Shown here piece after piece: positions 29,752 to 39,516 of a DNA stretch of 64,000 bases. A program made the translations under genes and the position numbers. The DNA lies in contig CAVVJT010000010.1 of NCBI GenBank assembly GCA_963748625.1, forward strand, positions 704,001-768,000, written 5' to 3'. The notes under the pieces were generated by a model. It was not told the DNA's origin and did not search any database. It worked only from the letters and a program-made list of their open reading frames with translations. Origin of the DNA: an uncultured Chloroflexia bacterium (GTDB lineage Bacteria > Chloroflexota > Limnocylindria > Limnocylindrales > CSP1-4). Every line of letters begins with the position of its first letter. Within the stretch, counting starts at the first letter, position 1.

Positions 29752-32573
29752 CTCGTGTCCCAGGGCTGCACGTCGGCGAAGCGCTCCAGCGCCGCCATGT
29801 CCTTGTCGCCCCGGCCGGAGAAGCCGACGAGCACGATGGCCTCGTCGGGGTACGGCACCCCTGAGCCCTCCAGCCCCGCGAGGAGCTTGGGCAGCGCCGC
29901 CACCGCGTGCGACGTCTCCAGGGCGGGCAGGATGCCCTCGGTGAGGGTCACGGTCTTCATCGCGGCGATCGCCTCGCGGTCGGTGGCGGTGCCCACCTCC
30001 ATGCGGCCGGCCTCCGCGAGGGCCGCCAGCTGCGGCCCGACCCCCGGATAGTCCAGGCCGGCCGACGCGCTGTGCGCCTCGACCACCTGGCCGTCGCGGT
30101 CCTGGAGCATCAGCGATCGGGATCCGTGGAGGATGCCGGGCGTCCCCCCGACGATGGCGGCGGCGTGCCGCCCGGTTGCCACGCCGTCACCCGCGGCCTC
30201 GGCGACCGCGAGCCGCACCGACGGCTCCCCGATGAACCGTGCCAGCAGCCCGATCGCGTTGGAGCCGCCGCCGACGCACGCCAGCGCCAGGTCCGGCAGC
30301 CGCCCTTCGACCTCGTACAGCTGCGCGGCCGCCTCGTCGCCGATGCGCCGCTGGAGATCGCGCACGATCGTGGGGTACGGGTGCGGGCCCATCGCGGAGC
30401 CGAGCACGTAGTGGGTGGTCTCCACGTTGGTGACCCAGTCGCGCATGGCCTCGTTGACGGCGTCCTTGAGGGTCGCCGTGCCCGAGGTGACCGAGCGGAC
30501 CTCCGCACCGAGCTGGCGCATCCGCAGGACGTTGGGTGCCTGGCGCTGGATGTCCTCCTCGCCCATGAAGACGACGCAGGGAAGGCCCAGCAGCGCGCAT
30601 GCGGTCGCGGTCGCGACGCCGTGCTGGCCGGCGCCCGTCTCGGCGATCACGCGGCTCTTGCCCAGGCGGCGCGTCAGCAGCGCCTGGCCGAGGGCGTTGT
30701 TGATCTTGTGGGCCCCGGTGTGGGCAAGGTCCTCGCGCTTGAGGTACAGCCGGATCTCCGGGATGCGCGGGACCTTCCAGCCTCGCTCGCCCGAGAGCAG
30801 CGCGGCCTCCGCGCGGACCTCCGCCGCGAGCCGGTCGGCGCGATAGAGCGCGGTGGGCCGGCCGGCGAAGCGGGCGAGGAGCTCATCGAGCTCCGCCCAG
30901 AACCGGGGGTCGTGGCGGATCGCGTCGTAGGCGGCCTCGAGCTGCTCCAGGGCCGCGATCAGCGTCTCGGGCACGTAGCGCCCGCCAAAGTCGCGCTCCA
31001 TGCCCCAGCGGCCGGCGTCGTCCGTCTCGAGGATGCCGGGGTGGACGGGCGTGGGCACGAACGCGACGTTGGGCCGGTAGCGGCGGGCGTCGCGGGCGCG
31101 CTTGGTGAACAGCGCGACCTTGAACGGGTCCTTGCGCGGCTTGTCACCGGGCGTGCGCGGCCCCTCGGTGCCCGACGCGACATCCACGCCGACGCACGGC
31201 ACGGCGAGGACCGCCTCCCCCACCGATGCGGCCGTCAGGCCCCCGGCCAGGGTGATCGGGATCTCGCGCGCGACGGCGGCGGCAAGGGCGGTGTTGACGC
31301 GGATGCCGGTCCCGCCCGGGTGGGGGCCCCCGGCGGCGTCGAGCAGGATGCCGCCTGCGCCCGCGTCAAGGTAGGTCCGGGCGCGGCGGATGACGTCGTC
31401 GGCGATGGCGCCGGGGCCCACGCGGAGCGCCTTCCAGACGGGCCGGTCGATGGCGGCGATCGCAGCGGGCGGCTCGTCGCCGCTGAGCTGGACCTCATCG
31501 GGGTCGACGGCTGCGATGACGCGCGCCAGCTCGTCGGCGGGGAGATCCGCGGTGACCACCACGATCTTCGGCATGCTCGTCGCGGACGCGGCGGCCTGCC
31601 GCGCGAGGCGGGCGAGGTTGGCGCCCTGCTCCAGGGTGAGACAGCGCGGGGTGCCGGGCGCGAAATTGATGCCGATCGCGTCGGCGCCGGCGCGGACCGC
31701 GGCAAGGACGCCCTTCGCGTCGGTGACGCCGCAGATCTTGACGCCGGGCAGACGTGCCTCGGACGCGGGGCTGGCCGGGTGCCGGCCTGCGGCCACGAAC
31801 GCACGGGCCGTGGAAGCCGGGTCGCCAGCGCGCATCAGCGCCTCACCGACGAGGGCCGCATCGAAGCCGGTCGCCCGCCAGCGGGCGATGGTGGCGGTGT
31901 TGCGGACGCCCGACTCGGCCACAACCAGGCGGTCGGCGGGCACGAGGTCGAACAGGCGCACCGCCTGCTCCGGATCGACGTCCAGCGTGCGTAGGTCGCG
32001 GTTGTTGATCCCGATCACGCGCGCGTCCGTGGCCAGCGCAGCCTCGAGCTCGCGCGCGTCGTGCGCCTCCACCAGGGGCTCCATGCCCAGGTCCCGGGCC
32101 GCCCGCACCAGCTGCGCGAGCCGGTCGCCGGGATGCAGGACCGCCAGCAGCAGGACAAGGTCGGCGCCGGCTCCGCGCAGCAGCTCCAGCTGGCGCGGGT
32201 CCACCACGAACTCCTTGGCCAGGACGGGCACGGCGACTGCGGCACGCACGGCGCGCAGGTCGGCCACGGAGCCGCCGAACCAGTGGGGCTCGCACAGCAC
32301 GGAGATGGCGCTGGCGCCGCCGGCGGCATAGGCTCGAGCCCGTGCGACCGCGTCAGCCCCGGCCGCGATGGCACCCGCCGACGGCGAGGAGCGTTTGACC
32401 TCGGCGATGAGGTGGAGGCCGGGGGCGGCGAGCGCCTCGACGACGGACCGGGGGGTGGGCGCCGCGGCGACCAGGGCATGGAGGCCGTCCTGCCCGAGCG
32501 CGTCGAGCTCGGGGACGACGTCGGCCAGACGTCGTGCGGCGATCTCCTGGACCTTGTTCATCTCGGGGCTCAT
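29745..32573 (-). CDS. trpB: TrpC-TrpF-TrpB triple fusion (IGP synthase, PRA isomerase, Trp synthase beta)
   Basis: IAEVKRSSPS and GINNRDL (TrpC); VKICG and LAGGL (TrpF); HTGAHKINN, GGGSNA, GLDYPGVGP (TrpB) in one 942-aa frame. Confidence 0.93.
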   Translation of the reverse strand: MSPEMNKVQEIAARRLADVVPELDALGQDGLHALVAAAPTPRSVVEALAAPGLHLIAEVKRSSPSAGAIAAGADAVARARAYAAGGASAISVLCEPHWFGGSVADLRAVRAAVAVPVLAKEFVVDPRQLELLRGAGADLVLLLAVLHPGDRLAQLVRAARDLGMEPLVEAHDARELEAALATDARVIGINNRDLRTLDVDPEQAVRLFDLVPADRLVVAESGVRNTATIARWRATGFDAALVGEALMRAGDPASTARAFVAAGRHPASPASEARLPGVKICGVTDAKGVLAAVRAGADAIGINFAPGTPRCLTLEQGANLARLARQAAASATSMPKIVVVTADLPADELARVIAAVDPDEVQLSGDEPPAAIAAIDRPVWKALRVGPGAIADDVIRRARTYLDAGAGGILLDAAGGPHPGGTGIRVNTALAAAVAREIPITLAGGLTAASVGEAVLAVPCVGVDVASGTEGPRTPGDKPRKDPFKVALFTKRARDARRYRPNVAFVPTPVHPGILETDDAGRWGMERDFGGRYVPETLIAALEQLEAAYDAIRHDPRFWAELDELLARFAGRPTALYRADRLAAEVRAEAALLSGERGWKVPRIPEIRLYLKREDLAHTGAHKINNALGQALLTRRLGKSRVIAETGAGQHGVATATACALLGLPCVVFMGEEDIQRQAPNVLRMRQLGAEVRSVTSGTATLKDAVNEAMRDWVTNVETTHYVLGSAMGPHPYPTIVRDLQRRIGDEAAAQLYEVEGRLPDLALACVGGGSNAIGLLARFIGEPSVRLAVAEAAGDGVATGRHAAAIVGGTPGILHGSRSLMLQDRDGQVVEAHSASAGLDYPGVGPQLAALAEAGRMEVGTATDREAIAAMKTVTLTEGILPALETSHAVAALPKLLAGLEGSGVPYPDEAIVLVGFSGRGDKDMAALERFADVQPWDTSR

Positions 32574-33619
32574 GCGTTCGCCTCCGCGGCCGCGACCACC
32601 GTCTCGTAAGCACGTCGCTCCGCCCGCAGCGAACCCAGCAACTCCTCGGCCATGCCCGCGTCGATCGCGAGCGCTGCTTTGTCGATCCCGTCCTCCAGGC
32701 GATCCACGACACCCGCGACCAGGAGCGCCGCACCCGCGTTGAGCAGCACCACGTCCCGGCGCGCGCCCGGCTCACCGCGGAGCACGTCCTCGACCATCTT
32801 CGCGTTCTGGACGGCAGTCCCGCCCACGAGCTTGCGCGTCGGCGTGAGCGTGAAGCCAAGCTTCGTTGCCATGATCTCGTGGCGCTCGATGCCGGCGGGG
32901 CTCACGACATACATGACGCCCGTGTCATCCAATGGCAGCTCGTCAACGCCATCGCCATGGATGACGAAGGTTCGTTCCGTCCCCAGCCGCTGGGCCACCT
33001 CCGCGATCTTGGGGGCTGCCTCGGTCACGCCAACGCCGATCAGCGCCCGGGTGGCGCCAGCAGGGTTGGTGAGCGGGCCGAGCAGGTTGAACGCCGTGCG
33101 GACGCCCATCTCACGGCGGGTGGGGCCGGCGTGGCGCATGGCCGGGTGGAACGCCTGGGCGAACAGGAACGCGAAGTTGTTCGTCCGGAGCGCCTCCGCG
33201 GCCGAGGTCGCGTCGTGGTCTATCCGGATGCCCAGCGCGTCGAGCACGTCGGCCGAGCCCGACTTCGACGTGAACGCCCGGTTGCCGTGCTTGGCCACCG
33301 GCACGCCCAGCGAAGCGACGACCAGCGCCGCCGTCGTGGAGATGTTGAAGGTTCCCGCGCCATCCCCGCCGGTCCCGACCACGTCGATCGCACCCACGGG
33401 CGCCTCCACGCGGACCACGCGCTCGCGCATCGCGGACGCGAAACCCGCGAGCTCCTCGATCGTCTCGCCGCGCATCCGCAGGCCCATGAGCAGGGCGGCC
33501 AGCTGGGACGGGGTGGCCTCGCCGTCCATCACGGCGCCCATGGCGAGGCGCGCCTCCTCGAGGGACAGCGTGCGGCCTTCGACGATCGCCGCCACCGCGG
33601 CCCGGACGAGCTCGCTCAT
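32570..33619 (-). CDS. trpD: Anthranilate phosphoribosyltransferase
   Basis: DVVGTGGDG, FNISTT, KHGNR, FNLLGPLTNP. Confidence 0.96.
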   Translation of the reverse strand: MSELVRAAVAAIVEGRTLSLEEARLAMGAVMDGEATPSQLAALLMGLRMRGETIEELAGFASAMRERVVRVEAPVGAIDVVGTGGDGAGTFNISTTAALVVASLGVPVAKHGNRAFTSKSGSADVLDALGIRIDHDATSAAEALRTNNFAFLFAQAFHPAMRHAGPTRREMGVRTAFNLLGPLTNPAGATRALIGVGVTEAAPKIAEVAQRLGTERTFVIHGDGVDELPLDDTGVMYVVSPAGIERHEIMATKLGFTLTPTRKLVGGTAVQNAKMVEDVLRGEPGARRDVVLLNAGAALLVAGVVDRLEDGIDKAALAIDAGMAEELLGSLRAERRAYETVVAAAEANA

Positions 33620-34362
33620 CGGGCGGCCCCTTCGGCGGTGGCCCCCTCGGCGGTGGCCCCCTCGGCGGCCACGACAGCCGGGCTGTCGGCCGCGTCGACG
33701 TCGTCCTGGTCGGTGAACCCGCGCGTCGCGAACGAGCCCGTCGCTGCGTCCAGGCGCGACGCCTCCCCCTCCCCGGCGAGCCGGAGGAAGTTGGCGAGCA
33801 GGTGCGGACCGTCGGGCGTGAGCACGGATTCGGGGTGGAACTGGACGCCCTCGATGGGCAGCGTGCGGTGGCGCAGCCCCATGACGACGCCGTCGTCTGC
33901 GCTGGTGGCGGTCACGTAGAGGTCCTCCGGCAGCGTGGCGGGATCCACGCACAGGGAGTGGTAGCGGGCGGCCAGGAATCCCTCGGGCATGCCGGCCATG
34001 AGGCCCCGTCCGTCGTGGCTCACCGCCGATGCCTCGCCGTGGACGAGAGTTGGCGCACGGACGATGGACGCGCCCCACGAGGCGCCCATCGACTGCATGC
34101 CCAGGCACACCCCCAGCAGCGGGATGCGGCGCTCGCGGGCGACGTCGATGGTGGCCACCGACACGCCGGCGGTGTCCGGGTCCCCGGGGCCGGGCGAGAT
34201 CACGATGCCCCGCAGCTCCTGTGCCGGGTCGTCGGCCATGGCCTCGACCTCCGCGCGGGTGATCTTGTCGTTGCGGATCACGCGCACGTCCGCGCCCGCA
34301 GCCTGGAGCGCCTGGACCAGATTGAACGTGAACGAGTCGTAGTTGTCGATCATCAGGATCAC
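33616..34362 (-). CDS. trpG: Anthranilate synthase component II
   Basis: IDNYDSFTFNL, SPGPG, GVCLG, QFHPES. Confidence 0.95.
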   Translation of the reverse strand: MILMIDNYDSFTFNLVQALQAAGADVRVIRNDKITRAEVEAMADDPAQELRGIVISPGPGDPDTAGVSVATIDVARERRIPLLGVCLGMQSMGASWGASIVRAPTLVHGEASAVSHDGRGLMAGMPEGFLAARYHSLCVDPATLPEDLYVTATSADDGVVMGLRHRTLPIEGVQFHPESVLTPDGPHLLANFLRLAGEGEASRLDAATGSFATRGFTDQDDVDAADSPAVVAAEGATAEGATAEGAAR

Positions 34363-35978
34363 GAGGCGGCCCCCTCCCCTGCGACCGGGGTTGCCGCGTC
34401 GGGGGTGGTGGTGGCGCGGGGCGTCGCCGGCGTGGCGGCAAGCTCCAGGGCCCGGCGCAGGGCGGCGGCCTTGTGCTCGGTCTCCATGAACTCGCTCTCG
34501 GGATCGCTCCGGGCGACGATGCCGGCCCCCGTGTGGATATGCGCCTGACCGTCCTTGAGCACGGCGCTGCGGATGGTGATGGCGGTGTCGAGATTGCCGT
34601 CGTAGCCGAGGTAGCCCACGGCGCCACCATACAGCCCGCGCCGCTCACCCTCGGCAGCCGCGATCAGCTGCATCGCCCGGATCTTGGGAGCGCCTGAGAG
34701 GGTGCCGGCCGGGAAGACGGAGCGCAGGGCGTCGAGGGAGTCGAGGTCACTGCGCAGGCGCGCCTCCACGTGGCTGACCAGGTGCAGGACGTGGCTGTAG
34801 CGCTCCACCTCCATGTACTGGCTGGTGCTCACGGTGCCGGGCTTGGCGACGCGGCCCAGGTCGTTGCGGCCGAGGTCCACGAGCATCACGTGCTCGGCGC
34901 GCTCCTTGGGGTCACGGCGGAGCTCGTCGGCGAGGCGCTCGTCGTCGGCGGGGGTGGTGCCGCGCGGCCGGGTGCCCGCGATCGGGTGGGTGGACATCCT
35001 GTCGCCGACGACCTGGACGAGGAGCTCGGGGCTGGCGCCGACGACCTCGAACGACGGGGTCCGGGTGAAGAACAGGTACGGGCTGGGGTTGACGCGGCGC
35101 AGCGCGCGATAGAGGCCGATGCCGTCGAGGGGCATGCCACCGTCGACCACCGGCAGGTCGAAGGACTGGCGCCGGGCGAGCACCACCTGGATGGCCTCAC
35201 CGGCGGCGATCGCGTCCTTGGCCTTCTCGACCGCACGGATGTACTGGTCGCGGCCGAGGCTGGTGTCGGCGTCGCCGAGGTTGGGCGGAGCGGGCTCCTC
35301 ACCGCGCCGGGTGAAGGACGCCGTGACCTCCGCGGCCGAGGGACGGGCGGTCCGCTCCAGGGCCTCGAAGACGGCGCGCTCTGCGATCCGGTAGCGACCC
35401 TCGAGATCGGGGGCGTCCGTGTGCAGGCTCGCGATCGCGCTGAGCTGGTGGGTCAGGTGGTCGAAGACGATGACGAGGTCGGTCTCGATGTAGCTCGCGA
35501 GGGGCACGCCGACAGGATCGCGCTCAGGCGTGGGGACGGACGGCTCGAAGGTCGAGATGGCGTCATAGCTCAGTGCCCCGACCGCGCCGCCGGTGAAGCG
35601 CGGCATGCCGTCGACTGGAACGACGCGGCGGCGCGGCACGAAGGCGCGCAGTGCGGCGAGCGGGTCGGGGGTCTCCTCGACCGTGACCGGGAGGTCGGGG
35701 GCGTAGTCGGTGACGCCAACAGGGCGGCTGGTGGTCCGAGCGACGCCGTCCTTGACCTCGAGGAGCCGGCGCGGGCCGATGCCGAGGAAGCTGTACCGGC
35801 CGAGGCGCTCGCCCCCTTCGACCGACTCGAGCAGGTAGGCGGGCGTCACGCCGTCGTCGAGGCGCAGGAACGCACCGATCGGAGTCTCCAGGTCCGCCGT
35901 GCGCGTGGCACGCAGGAGGATGGTGTCGGCGGTTCCGGCGAGACGCTTCGTCTCGGCAAGGCTCAGCGGGTCGGTCAT
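34359..35978 (-). CDS. trpE: Anthranilate synthase component I
   Basis: LLESVEGGERLGRYS, NPSPY, KERAEHVMLVDLGRND, GTLSGAPK; ATG 35978. Confidence 0.95.
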   Translation of the reverse strand: MTDPLSLAETKRLAGTADTILLRATRTADLETPIGAFLRLDDGVTPAYLLESVEGGERLGRYSFLGIGPRRLLEVKDGVARTTSRPVGVTDYAPDLPVTVEETPDPLAALRAFVPRRRVVPVDGMPRFTGGAVGALSYDAISTFEPSVPTPERDPVGVPLASYIETDLVIVFDHLTHQLSAIASLHTDAPDLEGRYRIAERAVFEALERTARPSAAEVTASFTRRGEEPAPPNLGDADTSLGRDQYIRAVEKAKDAIAAGEAIQVVLARRQSFDLPVVDGGMPLDGIGLYRALRRVNPSPYLFFTRTPSFEVVGASPELLVQVVGDRMSTHPIAGTRPRGTTPADDERLADELRRDPKERAEHVMLVDLGRNDLGRVAKPGTVSTSQYMEVERYSHVLHLVSHVEARLRSDLDSLDALRSVFPAGTLSGAPKIRAMQLIAAAEGERRGLYGGAVGYLGYDGNLDTAITIRSAVLKDGQAHIHTGAGIVARSDPESEFMETEHKAAALRRALELAATPATPRATTTPDAATPVAGEGAAS

Positions 35979-36002
35979 CGGGGTGGAGTCCCTTGAGAAT
36001 CG

Positions 36003-36347
36003 AAAACGACCTGGTTCGTCATCAGGGACGAAAGGTCGTAAGTCCTTCCGCGGTGCCACCCACGTTCGGCGATGTGCCGCACTCTGACCGACGGATCCGG
36101 CGCCCGGCGTGTCCACCGGTGGATCGATCGGCGCTGCCCTGTATCGCTGGCGCTCTGCGCCGGAGCCTACTTGGCGTCCGCTGCGGTCCCCGGATCCGGT
36201 GTCGCGCATCGCGTCCTGGTCCTGGCCCGCCGCCCCGCGTTCGGTCCGGAGGCTCCCGGGTCCATTCGCCGCCGCCGCCATCCCGGCTCACACCAGCCGC
36301 CGGGTCTCTGTGATGGCGCCTGACAGGTACTCGTCCCGATCAAAGCC
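36003..36347 (-). ncRNA. Tryptophan T-box riboswitch with terminator
   Basis: AGTA, AGAGA and GGTGTGA stem-I motifs, specifier GAA-TGG-A (36262-36264), T-box GGGTGGCACCGCG (36049-36061), hairpin plus T-run (36003-36039). Confidence 0.92.
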
Positions 36348-36367
36348 ACGTGTTCAGTTGTGGCCGG

Positions 36368-36396
36368 AGGATAGGCCCGGTCCCGGGGGGCGTCAA
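36368..36396 (-). promoter_or_regulatory. Sigma70-type promoter for T-box/trp operon
   Basis: TTGACG-N17-TATCCT. Confidence 0.75.
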
Positions 36397-36801
36397 GGCA
36401 CGCCCGGCCGAGGTGCCGTGCCCGCTCGCTCCAGGCGATGCGCTCCCAGCGCGCCTACCGTCCGGTGAGGTGCGATTCCTGCGCGGCCATGGCGCAGAAA
36501 TCGCAGGCGCGGGCCGCTGCAGACGACGGGATGCGCGCCCAGCGTGCACGATCGACGGTTCACGCGACCGTAGGCGCGCCTGGCGCGCACCCGGGAATCG
36601 CGTGCGGGGTGACCCTCGTCAAGGCGACGCCGGGAAGGCGGTGGGCGCTCGGGTGCTCGGCTACCGAGGGCGCTGGCGCCGTCGCGCCCGCTTGCGCGGT
36701 CCGGGCGGCGGTGGCACGCGCCGGACCGATAGCCCGCACCGACTGCGGGTCGTCGGGAGACACCCGTCCCGCGCCAACTGGTCACGAGGGTGACATGAGA
36801 A

Positions 36802-36834
36802 GACCCGGAGTGGTGGCTGGCACCGCCCCGGGTC
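36802..36834 (-). terminator. Hairpin downstream of heliorhodopsin
   Basis: GACCCGG..GGTG/CACC..CCGGGTC inverted repeat 14 nt past stop. Confidence 0.55.
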
Positions 36835-36847
36835 GCAGGATCCGCGA

Positions 36848-37696
36848 TCAGCCCGGGCGGAGGGTCCCGGACCAGACCTGCCAGGCCAAGAGCGTCTTGG
36901 CCACGAGGCTCAGGATCATGTAGGTCTTCTCGCCCGCGAGATAGTCCTTCCAGCGGCCGATCTTGCGGTACTGGAGCACCATCGTGATCGCGAAGATGTT
37001 GAAGGCCACGAACAGGCTGCCGATGATCACGTAGACGAACGCGGGGATCGAGAACTCAGCCGGCAGGCCCTCCTGGGCGTTGAAGGCCCAGATGACGGAG
37101 AAGATCGCGATCCAGGGCACGATCCCGGCGATGCAGCCGAAGATGAAGTGCTTCCAGTCTGGCTTCTCACGGCCCTCGTTGGCGGCTTCCATGCTCCATC
37201 CGAACAGGTTCATCGCCACGTTCGCGCCGGCGATGGCGATCAGCGCGGTGAACTCGTTGATGTAGCTGATGTAGGCGATGGCCACGATCATGACGGTGGA
37301 CGAGAAGGCGTACTCCACCCAGCGCAGCGGGTTCATGCCGCGCGCCAGCCACGCCTCGTAGCGGGCCCGCAGCGGCCAGCCGGCCATGAAGTGTGCGATG
37401 GCGCTCATCAGGAAGAAGCTGGCGATCAGGTAGGCCAGCGGGAACGAGACGAGCACCACTTCCGTCGGCTCGACGCCGCTGAACTTGCCGTCCGTGAAGA
37501 TCGGCTTGATCGTGGGCACGACCGGCTCGAACAGCGTCGTGGTCTTCGAGATCGCGATCATGAGCACGAACTGGGAGAAGTGCGCCACCGACAGGAAGCG
37601 GTTCCAGCGGCGCAGCGAGCGACTTCGTTCTTCAGGGATCGGGGTGATCGCCTTCTGGGCGGGAAGGGCGTCGTTCACGCCGGCTTGGGCAGTCAT
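36848..37696 (-). CDS. heR: Heliorhodopsin
   Basis: 7 TM; LRRWN..AH, SAIAH, NPLRWVEY, GCIAGIVPW, retinal-Lys motif SLVAK; GAGGAG RBS. Confidence 0.95.
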   Translation of the reverse strand: MTAQAGVNDALPAQKAITPIPEERSRSLRRWNRFLSVAHFSQFVLMIAISKTTTLFEPVVPTIKPIFTDGKFSGVEPTEVVLVSFPLAYLIASFFLMSAIAHFMAGWPLRARYEAWLARGMNPLRWVEYAFSSTVMIVAIAYISYINEFTALIAIAGANVAMNLFGWSMEAANEGREKPDWKHFIFGCIAGIVPWIAIFSVIWAFNAQEGLPAEFSIPAFVYVIIGSLFVAFNIFAITMVLQYRKIGRWKDYLAGEKTYMILSLVAKTLLAWQVWSGTLRPG

Positions 37697-37771
37697 GGTC
37701 TCGGGTACTCCTCGGGGGTGGATACCTGTTCTTCGCTGGGGGGCCCCGGCCGGATGGGTCCCGGATCGCCG

Positions 37772-38503
37772 CTACGGCAGGGGTGCGAGCGCGCCGACCA
37801 GCGAATCCGGCTCGAGCGCAGCCACGACGTCAGCCGGCCCCATCACCGATATCAGCAGGGTACCGGCTGGCGCGCCGACCAAGTACTCCACGGCGCTCAT
37901 CGCCGTTCCGCCGGCCTGCGGCAGGGCGTACTCCAGGCGCACGGCCTCGCCCAGCGGCGTGGCCACCCGCTCCCGGGCGGTCTCCTCCGCCCCGAACGCA
38001 TCCTCGATGCCCCCGCCCACGAACCCCGCGACCAGGTCCAGCAGCGGGCCGCCCACCGACGGCTGCGACACGAGCACGGCGATGTTGGGGGTCAGCGTGA
38101 CGTCCGGGCCGGCGGCCGGGTCGAAGGCGGCGAACGCCGGCACGGCCCGCTCGCCCATCTCGGCGGCGGCGTCCAGCAGTGCACCCGCGCCGGGGTAGGT
38201 CGCGACGATCTCCTCACGCCGGGCCGGGTCGCCGAGCGCCCCGGCGTCCAGCTGCTCCCAGCCCACGGGCACCGGGATGCGGAGGCCGGCGGCAGGGATG
38301 TCCACCAGGACGGTGCCAGGCGGCGCCTCTCCCGGCGTCGCCGCGGCCGTGGGGGTAGGGGTGGGGGTGGGCGCCTCCGTGGGGGTCGGCGTGGCGGGCA
38401 CGGGCGGGGGTGTCGGCGGGGGCGTCGGGGCCGGCGACGCGCACCCCGCGACAGCGGCCAGCACCAGCACCACCGGCGCGATCGCGCCGGCGCGCAGCCT
38501 CAT
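37772..38503 (-). CDS. Pro/Thr-rich lipoprotein
   Basis: Lipobox VAGC, PTP linker, globular C-terminus; ATGA overlap with upstream gene. Confidence 0.75.
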   Translation of the reverse strand: MRLRAGAIAPVVLVLAAVAGCASPAPTPPPTPPPVPATPTPTEAPTPTPTPTAAATPGEAPPGTVLVDIPAAGLRIPVPVGWEQLDAGALGDPARREEIVATYPGAGALLDAAAEMGERAVPAFAAFDPAAGPDVTLTPNIAVLVSQPSVGGPLLDLVAGFVGGGIEDAFGAEETARERVATPLGEAVRLEYALPQAGGTAMSAVEYLVGAPAGTLLISVMGPADVVAALEPDSLVGALAPLP

Positions 38504-39516
38504 CCGCCGACCTTGATCGCGATGGTGGTCGTCATGTTCCAGCGCACCCCGTCGGGCACCTCTCCGTCGGGGACCACGACCACCTCGTAGACCACGCCGC
38601 CCTGCCGGCTCTCGCCATAACCGCCGATGCGGGCAACCGTGCCGGGAATGCTCGCGCCGGGAATCCCGTCCAGGGTGATCGTCGCCTCGGCACCCTGCCT
38701 GACGCCGGCGATCCCGCTCTCGTCGAGCTCCGTGGCGACGAACTCCCAGGCTGACTCGTCGCCGAGCCGGACCACCACCTGTCCGGGCGCAGCGAGCGCG
38801 CCCTCGCGCACCGGGAGGGCGGCCACGGTGCCGGCGAAGGGCGCGCGGATCGTGAGGTCCTCGCGGGCCACCTCCAGCGCGGTGACGGCGGCCTCCGCCC
38901 GGCGGGCGTCCGCCTCGGCCGCCGTGACACCCTCGGCGGCCGCGGTGACCGCGGCACGCGCGACGCGGACCTGCGCACGGGCGGCACTGCGGGCGGCGAC
39001 CGCCTCGTCCTCGCCAACGTTGTTGTCGCGGGCCGTTGTCAGCGCGGCCTCGGCCTGGTCCAGGCCTGCGAGGGCGACCGCGACCTGCTCGTCGGCCTGC
39101 GTCCTGTAGGCCCCGGCCTGGGCCGCCAGGGCTGCTGCGGCGGCGGCGGCCGCCTGCGCTCCCTCGATCTCGGCGTCGATGGCGGCCGTGTCCAGGCGGA
39201 CCAGCACATCCCCCGCGGCGACGGTCTCTCCGAGGACCACCGGCACGTCGGCAACGGTGCCACCCGCCGCCACGGCCAGCTCCGCGGCACGCACGGGCAC
39301 CGCGATGCCGTCGGCAACCACCTCGTCCACGATCGCCACGGGCGGCAGCGTGGCAGCGATCCCGTTCGACGGCGCCACCGGCCCGGATCCCGTCCCACCA
39401 CCGGAGAACACGCCCAGCATGGCCGCCACCGCGACCGCCGTGACGACTGCCGCGAAGGCCAGGACCAGGACGAGCCGGCGGCCCATGCCGCGCTCGGGGG
39501 TGCGCATGTCGCTCAT
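38500..39516 (-). CDS. HlyD/MFP-family efflux adaptor
   Basis: TM anchor, GDVLVRLD, Ala-rich coiled coil, TIRAPFAGTV. Confidence 0.88.
   Translation of the reverse strand: MSDMRTPERGMGRRLVLVLAFAAVVTAVAVAAMLGVFSGGGTGSGPVAPSNGIAATLPPVAIVDEVVADGIAVPVRAAELAVAAGGTVADVPVVLGETVAAGDVLVRLDTAAIDAEIEGAQAAAAAAAALAAQAGAYRTQADEQVAVALAGLDQAEAALTTARDNNVGEDEAVAARSAARAQVRVARAAVTAAAEGVTAAEADARRAEAAVTALEVAREDLTIRAPFAGTVAALPVREGALAAPGQVVVRLGDESAWEFVATELDESGIAGVRQGAEATITLDGIPGASIPGTVARIGGYGESRQGGVVYEVVVVPDGEVPDGVRWNMTTTIAIKVGG

Noticed and set aside
33625-33668. 15-bp repeats in trpG tail (AEGAT) and CTCCGGG x3 at 61657-61677
   Set aside because: Simple slippage in low-complexity tail or intergenic DNA
36400-36800. 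ORFs between T-box promoter and heliorhodopsin
   Set aside because: No motif, RBS or convincing composition in any frame
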